DNA of 64,000 bases, from positions 9,093-73,092 of IMG/VR virus record IMGVR_UViG_3300049194_000052; one strand, given 5' to 3'. This stretch comes from a virus. The notes beneath the pieces are model-generated. The model searched no databases. It was not told where the DNA came from and was given only the letters and a program-made list of their open reading frames with translations. Both the position numbers and the translations under genes were made by a program. Below are positions 28,266-37,194 of this stretch, piece by piece. Numbering within the stretch: the stretch's first letter is position 1; the number at the start of each line of letters is the position of its first letter.

Positions 28266-28390
28266 CCTGAAAGCTAGGATTGGCGCGGTTTTCCGAGGGT
28301 TTGGGGACAGCCGGGGACACGAAGCCCTTCTCGAACTGAAGTCTACCCCGGCCAAAAGGAAAACGCCGATCCTGGTGGATCGGCGTTGGG

Positions 28391-28708
28391 TCAGTCGGTC
28401 TTCCGGGGACGGCCCCCACGTTTCGAGGCACCGTTGGCGTGGGCGTCGATCCACGCCGTTATCTCCCGACGCTTCCACCGCGGGTGACCGCGGCCGACCT
28501 TCTTCGTCAGGCGGTAGGCCTTGGGAAAGCCGACCGAGGTGGCGTAGTCGCGGAGGAAGACCTCGGGCGTGACGCGGAGCATCGCGGCGACGTCGACGCT
28601 GTCCAGGAGGGAGTCCGGGTCCAGGCGGATGGCCAGCTCACGGGCCAGGTCGGCGACGTTGAAGCCGGCCACCAGGGTCGACAGGTCAGGCGGCGTCTGG
28701 CTGTCCAT
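28391..28708 (-). CDS. Excisionase / AlpA-like winged-HTH protein
   Basis: LLDSVDVAAMLRV...GFPKAYRL....PRW.R.EI.AWI; C-terminal KRGGRPRK; adjacent to attP. Confidence 0.8.
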   Translation of the reverse strand: MDSQTPPDLSTLVAGFNVADLARELAIRLDPDSLLDSVDVAAMLRVTPEVFLRDYATSVGFPKAYRLTKKVGRGHPRWKRREITAWIDAHANGASKRGGRPRKTD

Positions 28709-29534
28709 GGAGCTTCTCCTCGACGAACGCGCGGTACTGCTTGAAGCCGGTGAAGTTGCGGGCGCCGTCGTCGCGGGCCCAGGGCAGGGCCTGCGCCTGG
28801 TGCTCGGTCGGGCTGGCGTGGATCGGCTCGCTGGCCACCAGCTTGTCGTGGCGGTCGATCTCCTTCACGGGGTCGGCGTTGCCGTCGAAGGGCTCGTAGC
28901 TGACCCGGGCGGAACGGGCGGTCGAGAGCTTGAGCAGCGTCTCGATGTCCAGCGTGGCCCGCTCGTCGTCGCTGAGGTAGATCATGTGCCACTCACCGGG
29001 TGCCAGGATGTCCACCTGATCAAACTCGACCGCCTGCAGCATCGTCGACAGGATGTCGCTGGCCAGAGCCTGCATTTCGGGCTGGGCGTCCGGGTGGCAG
29101 CGCAAGTCGAAGAAGTTCTGCCACTCGGTCGACGACACGACCACGTTGATGAACTGCCAGGGCTCCAGGAGTCGGTTGGCAACCTGCTTGTGCAGGCCCA
29201 GCTTCATGGCGCCCCAGGCGAAGACGCAGGCGGCGCGGCCGGCCCACTTCCAGACCGCCTTGGCCAGGCGCAGGCGCCAGCCGGTCAGCTCGGCACCGGC
29301 CTGCATGCCGGGACGGTTCGAGCCCCAGTGCAGCGGGCCGGCCGGATCGTTCCAGACCTGGGCAAGCACCTTGCGGACGGGGATGGCACGGCTACTGCCG
29401 GCGTTGCGGCTGAAGACGCGGTGGGTCATCAGCTCGGCGTGGATCGCACGCCAGTAGCGCAGGCGGAAGGACCAGAGCGTGACGCCAACCTGGCGGTTGT
29501 GAGATGCACGCAGCAGCTCGACGGTGTGAGACAT
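28686..29534 (-). CDS. thyX: Flavin-dependent thymidylate synthase, phage type
   Basis: ELMTHRVFSRNAGSSRAIP, HKQ.ANRLLEP, LRCHPDAQPE, SxAR.ARVSY, HASPTEH. Confidence 0.9.
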   Translation of the reverse strand: MSHTVELLRASHNRQVGVTLWSFRLRYWRAIHAELMTHRVFSRNAGSSRAIPVRKVLAQVWNDPAGPLHWGSNRPGMQAGAELTGWRLRLAKAVWKWAGRAACVFAWGAMKLGLHKQVANRLLEPWQFINVVVSSTEWQNFFDLRCHPDAQPEMQALASDILSTMLQAVEFDQVDILAPGEWHMIYLSDDERATLDIETLLKLSTARSARVSYEPFDGNADPVKEIDRHDKLVASEPIHASPTEHQAQALPWARDDGARNFTGFKQYRAFVEEKLHGQPDAA

Positions 29535-29779
29535 CAGTCAGTTCCTTTCGAGACACGCTCGGCGAAGTTGTGCAGCCGGGCGTTGAAGTAGCGGCGCAGC
29601 ACGTAGCTGCGGATGACGGAGGTGACGGTGAAGATCAGCGTGATCTCGACGTTGGTCTTCACGTCAGGCTTCACCCCGTAGTGCGGGAGCACGACGATCG
29701 AGACCACCAGGGAGATGACGAAGCCGATGGCGGTGTTGCCGACGGCTTCGATCAGGGAGGACATGCGGCTCTGCATCAC
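29534..29779 (-). CDS. Small two-TM membrane protein (QSR..SLIEA..N..IG...RSY..RR.F family, DUF7220-like)
   Basis: Motif recognition; coupled to thyX. Confidence 0.7.
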   Translation of the reverse strand: MMQSRMSSLIEAVGNTAIGFVISLVVSIVVLPHYGVKPDVKTNVEITLIFTVTSVIRSYVLRRYFNARLHNFAERVSKGTD

Positions 29780-30003
29780 GCCCTCCGGTCATGGAAGACA
29801 CCGCCGTCCAGCCAAACGTCCCTGAGGTTGTCGTAGACGCTGACAGGAGAGGAGCAGCAGGTCGAGACCAGGTTGGGCTCAACCTCGCTGGCGAGGAGCT
29901 GGCCGTCGAACGTCTCGCTGCGGTAGGTCTCGAACGGGATCACCTTGACCCCACAGACGCCGCAGCCGTTGTCGCAGACCAGCGAAAAGCGGTCAGACAT
30001 CAC
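29776..30003 (-). CDS. Hypothetical Cys-rich protein
   Basis: Coupled to both neighbours. Confidence 0.6.
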   Translation of the reverse strand: MMSDRFSLVCDNGCGVCGVKVIPFETYRSETFDGQLLASEVEPNLVSTCCSSPVSVYDNLRDVWLDGGVFHDRRA

Positions 30004-30556
30004 CTACCTCCGGGAAGAAGATCAGATCGACGCCGCACTCCTTGAACATGGCCTCGGCGACCTCCAGTTCGGCGCCCCAGCGCTCCCTGAAGGCAGCGTC
30101 CGGGGTAGGACAGGCCACTCGCACGATGCCGGCTTGGACGATCAGCTTTGCGCACGAGGCGCAGGGCATGAAAGTCACGACCATCTGACAGCCGGCCAGG
30201 GCGGTGCCTACGCGGGCCGCCTGGGCGATCGCGTTGGCTTCGGCATGGGCGGCCCACAGTAGGCGCATGGCGCGGTCCTGCGTGCGCTCGTCGACGTCAG
30301 CGGCGCTGCCGCGAGGAGCGCCGTTCCAGCCGCTGGCACGGATCTCGAAGTCCGGGCCGAGCACCAGGGCGCCAACCTTGGTGCCGGCGTACTTGCTCAT
30401 GTTGGCAACGGCCTGGGCGATCGGCAGGAAGCGGACAAGCTTCGCAGCCAGACGCTCCCGCGTGCGCTCCTCATTGAGGCGGCGAGCCACCTCAGCACCA
30501 GGCAGCTCGCCCCAGCCCGGCCGGCTGCGGAGATTCCCAATATTTAGTTGTGTCAT
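29993..30556 (-). CDS. dCMP deaminase
   Basis: KVGA, GWNG.P.G, HAEANAI, PCASC zinc motifs. Confidence 0.93.
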   Translation of the reverse strand: MTQLNIGNLRSRPGWGELPGAEVARRLNEERTRERLAAKLVRFLPIAQAVANMSKYAGTKVGALVLGPDFEIRASGWNGAPRGSAADVDERTQDRAMRLLWAAHAEANAIAQAARVGTALAGCQMVVTFMPCASCAKLIVQAGIVRVACPTPDAAFRERWGAELEVAEAMFKECGVDLIFFPEVGDV

Positions 30557-31410
30557 TCTTGGTCCGCCTTCTCAGGTTCGGGCGGCAGCTCATCCAGCAG
30601 CTGCTCGATGTACTCGCGGGTCTCCTTCGCCAACTTGCCGTAGCCCGGGTCTTCCTTCACCCACATCAGGCGCTCATAGAGCTTCGGGCCGGCCTTCTTG
30701 ACCTCCTTGTTGAAGTCGGGCGGCAGGTCCTTGGGAGAGGCCTTCTGGCGACCACCAGCCTCAGCCTTCGCCAGGGCATCTTTCAGGATGCCGTAGGCCT
30801 TGTCGCCGTGCTTGCGCACCGTCGAGATTGCGAAGCCCGCGGCAACCTTGTCCGTGCGGACCATGTCTCGGATCGCCTTGGGCATCGAGTGCAGGAACAG
30901 CAGATCGTCGATGTAGGTGTCGGTGATGTTCAGGCGCTTCGAGATCTCGGCCGTCTCAACGCCGTAGGCGATCTGACGCTTGATCAGCGTGCCCAGCTCG
31001 TAAGGCGTGACGGCCAGGCCAGAGGCGGAGGTGCCCAGCGCGAAGGTCAGGTCCTCCATGGAGGTGCCACGCGGCTTGGTGACCACTGGCAGTGCAGCGA
31101 TCTCATGACCTTCAGCGCGCAGCTCGCCGACCGCGATGTAGCGGTTCTCGCCATCGGTGATCGCCACGCGGTCCACGCCGTCGACGTTGATCACGTAACC
31201 GGCCAGGGGCTTGTCGCGCTCGTAGCCGTTGGCCAGGATCAAGGCCTTCAGGTTGTCGATGTGGGCGCGGCGGGCCGGGCGGTCTTCACGGATGTTGAAG
31301 CCTGGCGGCACGAAGAGCGCTTCGTAGGGGACGTTCCACAGGTCGCCGGAGCTGATGCCCTTGGTGGCCGACTTCAGATTGCCGGGGACGAATTCGATGG
31401 GTTGACTCAT
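30553..31410 (-). CDS. ParB/Srx-domain protein with HTH
   Basis: FNIR, DGENRYIA (GxxRxxA), then HTH-like TPYELG..IKR....G....EISKRL.IT. Confidence 0.85.
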   Translation of the reverse strand: MSQPIEFVPGNLKSATKGISSGDLWNVPYEALFVPPGFNIREDRPARRAHIDNLKALILANGYERDKPLAGYVINVDGVDRVAITDGENRYIAVGELRAEGHEIAALPVVTKPRGTSMEDLTFALGTSASGLAVTPYELGTLIKRQIAYGVETAEISKRLNITDTYIDDLLFLHSMPKAIRDMVRTDKVAAGFAISTVRKHGDKAYGILKDALAKAEAGGRQKASPKDLPPDFNKEVKKAGPKLYERLMWVKEDPGYGKLAKETREYIEQLLDELPPEPEKADQE

Positions 31411-31613
31411 TGCGTTTGCTCCTTGGCGAGTTGTTCGGCGTGCTGCCGGGCGTAGACGTTGCCGTCGTGGACGGCTCCAGTTTTGGGGTCGTAATAGACG
31501 CGGAACCGGTCAGTCAGCTTGGTCATGTCCAGCATGCCGTCGGTGTCGAGTCCCTCCGGCAGGAAGCAGGACTTGCCGCTACCGGAGACATCTTGTCGGT
31601 GTACAAAGTTCAT
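31407..31613 (-). CDS. Hypothetical protein
   Basis: Coupled ORF. Confidence 0.6.
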   Translation of the reverse strand: MNFVHRQDVSGSGKSCFLPEGLDTDGMLDMTKLTDRFRVYYDPKTGAVHDGNVYARQHAEQLAKEQTQ

Positions 31614-31616
31614 GTG

Positions 31617-31862
31617 CTACCTGCAGTAGTTGAGGGAAATGTGCTCCATGCCGGGCGTGTTGGCGATACGCTCGTTCGACGCGTAGCACTCACGCATGAG
31701 CTTCCGGTCCGCCTCCCTGTTGCGGTCGAAGTTGGCGATGAGCAGGACGATGCAGAGCACCGCAGCGGCGCAGTTGATGACGGTCTGGATGATCTTCAAA
31801 CGCTTGATCACCTCGGCCACCAGCTCGGTCGGGTAACCGCCAGGGACTTTCATTTGCGACAT
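31617..31862 (-). CDS. Hypothetical single-TM protein
   Basis: GGAGAG RBS before MSQMK; hydrophobic segment. Confidence 0.6.
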   Translation of the reverse strand: MSQMKVPGGYPTELVAEVIKRLKIIQTVINCAAAVLCIVLLIANFDRNREADRKLMRECYASNERIANTPGMEHISLNYCR

Positions 31863-31863
31863 C

Positions 31864-32193
31864 TCACTCTCCGTACAGGTGTGGGTGGATAGGGCGGTCA
31901 ATGGTGCCGCCCGTGAAGACAGCAGAGGTGTCGATGTCGACGACCTTGAAGCCCACGACGGCTGTGCTCAACGGCTGCTCCATGAACTCGGCCGGCCCAA
32001 CGCCTTCGATGAAGTGTGGGTAGGGCCTGGCGGCCAGCTGTGAGGCCACGTAGCGGTACATGTCCGCCGGGCCGTCGACGTGAAACATGCCTGAGGAGAA
32101 CTCCGCGAGGGCTTCGTTCGTGAGCAGGTGGTCAGGGATGTGGATCTCCAGCTCGGTCTCGCTGGTCACCAACACCCTTGTGATCTTTGACAT
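31864..32193 (-). CDS. Hypothetical protein
   Basis: AGGAG RBS. Confidence 0.7.
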   Translation of the reverse strand: MSKITRVLVTSETELEIHIPDHLLTNEALAEFSSGMFHVDGPADMYRYVASQLAARPYPHFIEGVGPAEFMEQPLSTAVVGFKVVDIDTSAVFTGGTIDRPIHPHLYGE

Positions 32194-32195
32194 GG

Positions 32196-34346
32196 TCAGG
32201 CTCCTAGTGCAATGACGTGGTCGGCAACGGCCTCGGAGAGGTCGTCGTGGGAAGCGAGCAGGACTTGATCGAAGCCCACGCCCGCGAGGAACCCCAGCAC
32301 GTTGCCGGTCCGCTCCTGGTCGCAGCCGTGAGCCGGCTCGTCCAGGGTCATGAACGACGCGTGGGGGATGAAGGTCTTGGTCAGGGCGACGCGGATCGCT
32401 AAGGCAAGCACGTCGAGGGTCGAGCCGGAGAGCGACGAGATCTTCTGGCCGTTGACCTTGAACCCGTCCTTGTCCTTGGACACCACACTCTGCTCGCCGC
32501 GCATCTGCGAGAAGAAGGTCGAGACCGCGGCCAGGACGGTGTTCCAGAGGTGATCCGTGATCAGCGGCTTGAGGCCCTTCAACTTCTTGACCAGGCCGTT
32601 GTTGAAGATCAGCGTCTGCAGGTCCTTGTCGACCTCGACGACGCGAGCCTCAGCGGCGGTGACCCGGCCCTTCGCCTCCCGCATGGCGTTGCGCAGGCTG
32701 TTGAGCTGGACGCGGATCGAGTCCACCAGCGCACGCTTCTCACGCAACACCGCGGCGTTGGAGCTGTAGGCCGCATAGGCCTGGTCGTAGGCCTGTTGCA
32801 GCGGCATCAGGTCCACCTTCACCAGGCTCGCCAGCGCGGCGTTGGCCTTTGTGATGCGGTCGTCGATGTCTGCGATCTGGGCACGGTGCGACGACGCGCG
32901 ACCCTCAGCCTGGGCGCCTGCTCGCTGCTTCGCCTCCAGCGCCTGCAGCGCATCAGCCTCCACGGTGGCCGGCGTCGACAGCACCACAGCGCCCTTCCAA
33001 CTGACTTTGGCCGGGACGAAGTTGGTGTCCAGCTCGACGTTGTCGCCGAACTTGCGGCGAATGTCGTCGTCGCGGGTGCGGCCGGTGCGTTGCAGATCGA
33101 CGAGGGTCTGCAGATCCTTTGACAGCTCCAGGCACTGCGCGTCGACCCCACCCAGCTTGGTCCTCAGCTCGACCAGCTTCTTGTCGACACCCACGTTGTG
33201 CGCCTCGACGTGGGCGACGTGCTCGGCGCTGTCGGACTGATGTCCACAGGTATGGCACTTCCCGCCAGCCTTCATCTTGGACCGAGCGAGGGCACTGATC
33301 TCGGCGTTCAGCTCGACCGACTGTGCTTTGAGGGCATCACGCTTCGCCGACGTCTGGTCGACCTCAGCGATCAAGCTGTCGGCGTCGCCCTCCCAGAACA
33401 CCTCGGGGTACACCAGCCTGGTGAACGCGGTGTAGGTGGCAAAGTGGCTGGCGTGGTCCTTCTCGCGAGCGGCAGACGCACGTCGCGCCGCCAGCTCCTC
33501 GGGCTCGACCTGGTTGGCCTCGACGTCCTTCAGGGCCGCGGCCAGGCGCTGGGTCTCGGTCAGGTGCCGAGTGTGCAGGTCGGCCAGCACCTGTTGCTGC
33601 TGGTCGTGCTGCGTGTTGCCATTGCGGGCAGCGTCCAGTGCGTCCAGGGCGCGCATCATGGCGGGGTGCAGGTCACCGCTCTCCGTCGTCTCCAGCCGCA
33701 AGACCTCCGCTGCCGCCGCAGCCTCGCAGCTGACCATGCCGGCGAGAGCTGCCTCGGCGTCGTCGGGCACTGCAGCCTTGGCGGCCTCCAGGTCAGCTTT
33801 CGCCTGGTCAAGCTTGACCAGCATCGGCTGCTCAGCCCCCAGCAGCAACTTGGCGTTGGCAGCCTCAAGGATGCGGTCGATCATGTCGAAGTCGGCAAGC
33901 TTTGACATCAGGCCGCTGACAGCAGCGGGGCCGTCGTCGAGGGCACCGCGCAGTCCATTCTGGCTGGCCATCATCAGCACCGAGCTGGTCTTGACGTCGG
34001 CACCCAGCAGGTTGGCAGCGAAGGCGGAGACCTCTTTCTGCCCGGTCACCTTGCCACCCTCGTAGTTGCACTCTGCGCCGGCCTTCGAGCGGGTGAACTG
34101 GTAGAGGGCGCCGTCGATGCGCAGGATGACGTCGGCCCACAGTTCCTTCTCAGGCCGGCCCCAGGTCACGACGTCGGACAGGCTGTCACGCAGGCCGGCA
34201 GCGCCGTACAGCGCATACAGGATGATTTCGATGACAGTGGTCTTTCCCTGTTCGTTGGGGCCGCGCAGCACGTTCAGGCCGGCCTTCAGGTCGAGGGTCA
34301 GGTCCAGGTGCTTGCGGAAGCTCTTGGCTTTCAGTGAGATGAGCAT
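32196..34346 (-). CDS. sbcC: SbcC/Rad50/gp46-like SMC ATPase
   Basis: Walker A GPNEQGKTT, coiled coils, zinc hook CHTC, signature LSGS, Walker B LDEP, H-loop. Confidence 0.93.
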   Translation of the reverse strand: MLISLKAKSFRKHLDLTLDLKAGLNVLRGPNEQGKTTVIEIILYALYGAAGLRDSLSDVVTWGRPEKELWADVILRIDGALYQFTRSKAGAECNYEGGKVTGQKEVSAFAANLLGADVKTSSVLMMASQNGLRGALDDGPAAVSGLMSKLADFDMIDRILEAANAKLLLGAEQPMLVKLDQAKADLEAAKAAVPDDAEAALAGMVSCEAAAAAEVLRLETTESGDLHPAMMRALDALDAARNGNTQHDQQQQVLADLHTRHLTETQRLAAALKDVEANQVEPEELAARRASAAREKDHASHFATYTAFTRLVYPEVFWEGDADSLIAEVDQTSAKRDALKAQSVELNAEISALARSKMKAGGKCHTCGHQSDSAEHVAHVEAHNVGVDKKLVELRTKLGGVDAQCLELSKDLQTLVDLQRTGRTRDDDIRRKFGDNVELDTNFVPAKVSWKGAVVLSTPATVEADALQALEAKQRAGAQAEGRASSHRAQIADIDDRITKANAALASLVKVDLMPLQQAYDQAYAAYSSNAAVLREKRALVDSIRVQLNSLRNAMREAKGRVTAAEARVVEVDKDLQTLIFNNGLVKKLKGLKPLITDHLWNTVLAAVSTFFSQMRGEQSVVSKDKDGFKVNGQKISSLSGSTLDVLALAIRVALTKTFIPHASFMTLDEPAHGCDQERTGNVLGFLAGVGFDQVLLASHDDLSEAVADHVIALGA

Positions 34347-35390
34347 TCAGGCTCCTTCTGTGATGAGGTTCTCGACGACGGCGTATTCCTCGTCGGTGAG
34401 GTTTTTCTTGATGAAGTCGGTGACGTCGAACTTCTTGACGGCATCGAAGTTGACTGGCAGAGATGCCGTTTCTGCAATTCCGTCAATCTGGACCGAGTTG
34501 GTGATGACGAAGGCTTCGCTCTTCACGCGGAACTTCGCGATGGCGTTGATCACCTCGCTGGCCTCGCTGCTCTTCGCCTCGCCGGTGACGCGCACAAAGC
34601 CGATCTGGTCGTCCAGCTCGCGCCAATCGACCTCGGCGAAGGGCGCAACGGCATCGCGGATGGTCCAGGTGGCCATCTTTTCCAGCCCGGCAGGCGTCAG
34701 GACGTGGGCGAACTTCTCGTCGTTGTTCAAGCAGTCCGACACGCTGGTGGGCCACTGGTTGCCCAGCACCACTACGCTGCCGCCGAGTGCGGTGCGTGCC
34801 TGGTGCTCGTGGGCGAAGACCAGCGTGGTGCCGACGTCCTTGAAGCTCTGTGCCACCTCACGGCTGACGTTGAGGCTGTGATCGGACTCGACCGCGAACT
34901 CATTGTGGAAGTTGGCATGGAGCAGCAGGTACTTTGGCGCCACCTTCAGGGCCTGCTCCAACCGCATGTTGAAGAGGTCCTGGTTCGGGCAATGGGCGAT
35001 GGCCCAGACGTTGGGCTCAATCTCGCCGATGCCGTTGATGCCCAGCACACGGCAACTCGTGGGGTAGGCCTTCTGCAGTACCTCGCAGAGCATCTCGAAA
35101 CTGCTGACCTTGCCGCCGCGGGGGCTGTGGTCGTGGTTGCCGGCGATCAGCGTCAAGGTGCCCTGGGCGGCCAGGTGCTGCTCCAGGATCTGGAAGGTCA
35201 CGACCCAGTCCGCGGCCGGGACCTCGAAGTCGTCAAACAGATCGCCCAGGATCGCCAAGTGGCTTTCGCCGCTCACCTCCAGGACGTCACGCAGCGACTG
35301 GAAAAGGTAAGCCCGCAAGGTCTCGCGACTAGCGGGCGTTGTGCCACCGGCGCGATGGTGGCCGATGTGGATGTCGTTCAGGATAAGCAT
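34347..35390 (-). CDS. sbcD: SbcD/Mre11/gp47-like metallophosphoesterase nuclease
   Basis: DIH, GDLFD, GNHD, H, HEH motifs; adjacent to the SMC ATPase. Confidence 0.9.
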   Translation of the reverse strand: MLILNDIHIGHHRAGGTTPASRETLRAYLFQSLRDVLEVSGESHLAILGDLFDDFEVPAADWVVTFQILEQHLAAQGTLTLIAGNHDHSPRGGKVSSFEMLCEVLQKAYPTSCRVLGINGIGEIEPNVWAIAHCPNQDLFNMRLEQALKVAPKYLLLHANFHNEFAVESDHSLNVSREVAQSFKDVGTTLVFAHEHQARTALGGSVVVLGNQWPTSVSDCLNNDEKFAHVLTPAGLEKMATWTIRDAVAPFAEVDWRELDDQIGFVRVTGEAKSSEASEVINAIAKFRVKSEAFVITNSVQIDGIAETASLPVNFDAVKKFDVTDFIKKNLTDEEYAVVENLITEGA

Positions 35391-35406
35391 TCAGCACCTC
35401 CAGTGC

Positions 35407-35432
35407 AAAGAAAGAACCCCCGCAGGGGTTCT
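35407..35432 (-). terminator. Intrinsic terminator between ligase and sbcD
   Basis: AGAACCCC-TGCG-GGGGTTCT then TTCTTT. Confidence 0.75.
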
Positions 35433-35458
35433 CTTAATTGAATTGTGTCACTTTTGGA

Positions 35459-36343
35459 TCAAGTGTCAATCTCGGCGCGCAGCCCCAGGAAAACCGGGAA
35501 GCGCGGGGCCTGTTGGGCGCCGATCTCGAAGTGCTTGAACTTCACCAGGGTGCCGACCAGCTTCTCGCGCTGGCCCCACAACTCCTGGCGCTGCTGCACG
35601 GTGAAGCCAGTGCCGATGTTGAACTCGATGCCGGCCTTGGTGGTGCAGATCAAGGCGCCCATGCGACCCTTGCCAACCTTGTTCTCGGCGTGGCTGCTGC
35701 GCTTGGTGTGGCCCAGTTCGTCGGTCGTGGCCTCGTTGCCGTTGTGCATCTCCTCGACCATGCCGATGATGGTGGCCTCGTCGTCGACGAAGTTCTTCAC
35801 CTTCAGCAGCGTGCCCTCCTTGGGCGTCGAGCGGCCGAACTTGTAGACGCTCTTCGGGCCGCGACGCTTGCGCAGCATGCCACCCTCGTAGCCCTGTTCG
35901 AGGAAGATCGCTTCGAGGTCGCGAAGCTGCTCCAGAGAGCAGACCTCGAACTGAGGCAGCACGACGACGCCGGGGCCTTCCACCAACTTGGCACGCCGGG
36001 CTTCGTACTCATGGCCAGGCTGAGCGATGTGATCGAACGCGTAGAACCGGACGTCCGGCTCACCCGCTGTCTTCATCACCGCAGAGTAGGTCTTGTTGTA
36101 GCAGTCCTTGTCGGTCGGTTCGCCGCAGATCAGCTCGCCGTCGAAGTATTCCAGGCTGCCGAAGCGCTGCTGGACGGACGCATTCGGGATCGGGATCAGC
36201 TTGCGGGACAGCACAACGCCGTCGCGCACGATCGCGCGAATGCCGTCGAGCTTCGGGCTGAAGAGCCAGCCGTCGTCAGACGTCCAATCGATCAGGTCGA
36301 AGTTGGCCTCTTTAGCCAGGAGGGGTGCGAAGGGTTTGGACAT
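35459..36343 (-). CDS. ATP-dependent DNA ligase (minimal NTase + OB)
   Basis: SPKLDGIR, FDGEL, FYAFD, GYEGGMLR, LLKVK, GTGF, PRFP. Confidence 0.95.
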   Translation of the reverse strand: MSKPFAPLLAKEANFDLIDWTSDDGWLFSPKLDGIRAIVRDGVVLSRKLIPIPNASVQQRFGSLEYFDGELICGEPTDKDCYNKTYSAVMKTAGEPDVRFYAFDHIAQPGHEYEARRAKLVEGPGVVVLPQFEVCSLEQLRDLEAIFLEQGYEGGMLRKRRGPKSVYKFGRSTPKEGTLLKVKNFVDDEATIIGMVEEMHNGNEATTDELGHTKRSSHAENKVGKGRMGALICTTKAGIEFNIGTGFTVQQRQELWGQREKLVGTLVKFKHFEIGAQQAPRFPVFLGLRAEIDT

Positions 36344-36344
36344 G

Positions 36345-36794
36345 TCAGCTGTGGAAGTAGTTGTCGAGGAGGGCAGCGGCGGTCGGGAACGATCGGCCTG
36401 CCGGGAACGGAAATGAAGCCGGCGGCTCGTCGCTATTGAACAGGTCGCCCGGCATGAGGCAGGTCCAGTCGTCGTACTTGGACCGGTAGATCACGACGAC
36501 CGTGCGGAAGCCGGCCCAGTGGAACTTCAGCAGGGCGCCGTACTGGCTCACCTTGCTGCGCGGAAGCCGGTAGGCCTGTGAGGTCTCCTTGACCTCCAGG
36601 TGGAGCGGCGTACCGGCGTAGGCCACCAGGAAGTCGGCCGGCTGGGCAGCCAGGGCGCCGCGGGCGGCTCGGGCGTCGGGGTAGCGGTGGTACGCGAAGT
36701 TGGTCAGCTGTGACGATCGGGCCTCAAGCCAGTTGACGACCTGCTTCTCAGCCCATTTCCCGAGGTCGCCCCTCGGGTCCTTCTTGTGAAACAT
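36345..36794 (-). CDS. Holliday-junction resolvase-like PD-(D/E)xK nuclease
   Basis: GKWAE...PADF.....LEVKET...SQ pattern; AGGAG RBS before MFHKK. Confidence 0.7.
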   Translation of the reverse strand: MFHKKDPRGDLGKWAEKQVVNWLEARSSQLTNFAYHRYPDARAARGALAAQPADFLVAYAGTPLHLEVKETSQAYRLPRSKVSQYGALLKFHWAGFRTVVVIYRSKYDDWTCLMPGDLFNSDEPPASFPFPAGRSFPTAAALLDNYFHS

Positions 36795-37140
36795 CGGTGT
36801 TCTCCAGGAGTCTGGACAACATCGCAGCCACGAACGTGTAGACCACGACGTCGCCCCATTCACGCATCGCGCTGTTCACGCAGATGCACACGAGACGGAC
36901 ATTGCCGTTGTGGTAGCCCTCGTCGTTGTCGATGCGGTCGAGACTGGGGGCGAACGGTGGCGTGGAGCCTCGGACCAGGTCCCAGGAGAAGCGCGTGCCA
37001 GTCAGTTGACACCGACCGTTTGCTTCCCGGAAGAGAAGCCTGACGTCTGTCAACGTCAAGCTGTGCTCGATCCCTCTACGCTTTGCGTTGCGCTTGGTCT
37101 CTGTGTGTAGGTGCCGGATTGGCTCTCGGCCTCTGCGCAT
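36748..37140 (-). CDS. Free-standing HNH-type endonuclease
   Basis: C..TG..F...SLDRIDNDEGY..GNVRLVC..VN; GGGGAG RBS. Confidence 0.85.
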   Translation of the reverse strand: MRRGREPIRHLHTETKRNAKRRGIEHSLTLTDVRLLFREANGRCQLTGTRFSWDLVRGSTPPFAPSLDRIDNDEGYHNGNVRLVCICVNSAMREWGDVVVYTFVAAMLSRLLENTDVSQEGPEGRPREMG

Positions 37141-37194
37141 CGACTCCCCTGGTACTGCTCAGGGGATTCTAGAGGTTCACAACGGCGAATAGTG

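Larger units (their letters stand above)
28050..28320. repeat. Integrase arm-type sites (TGGGGACAG) flanking attP
   Basis: Copies at 28050, 28072 and 28085, inverted at 28098, partial inverted at 28151, and at 28302 and about 28312 on the other side of the core. Confidence 0.8.

Noticed and set aside
28050-28320. GGGGACA repeats as a CRISPR array
   Set aside because: Only 8-9 bp long, irregular spacing, both orientations, no cas genes; the arrangement fits integrase arm sites.
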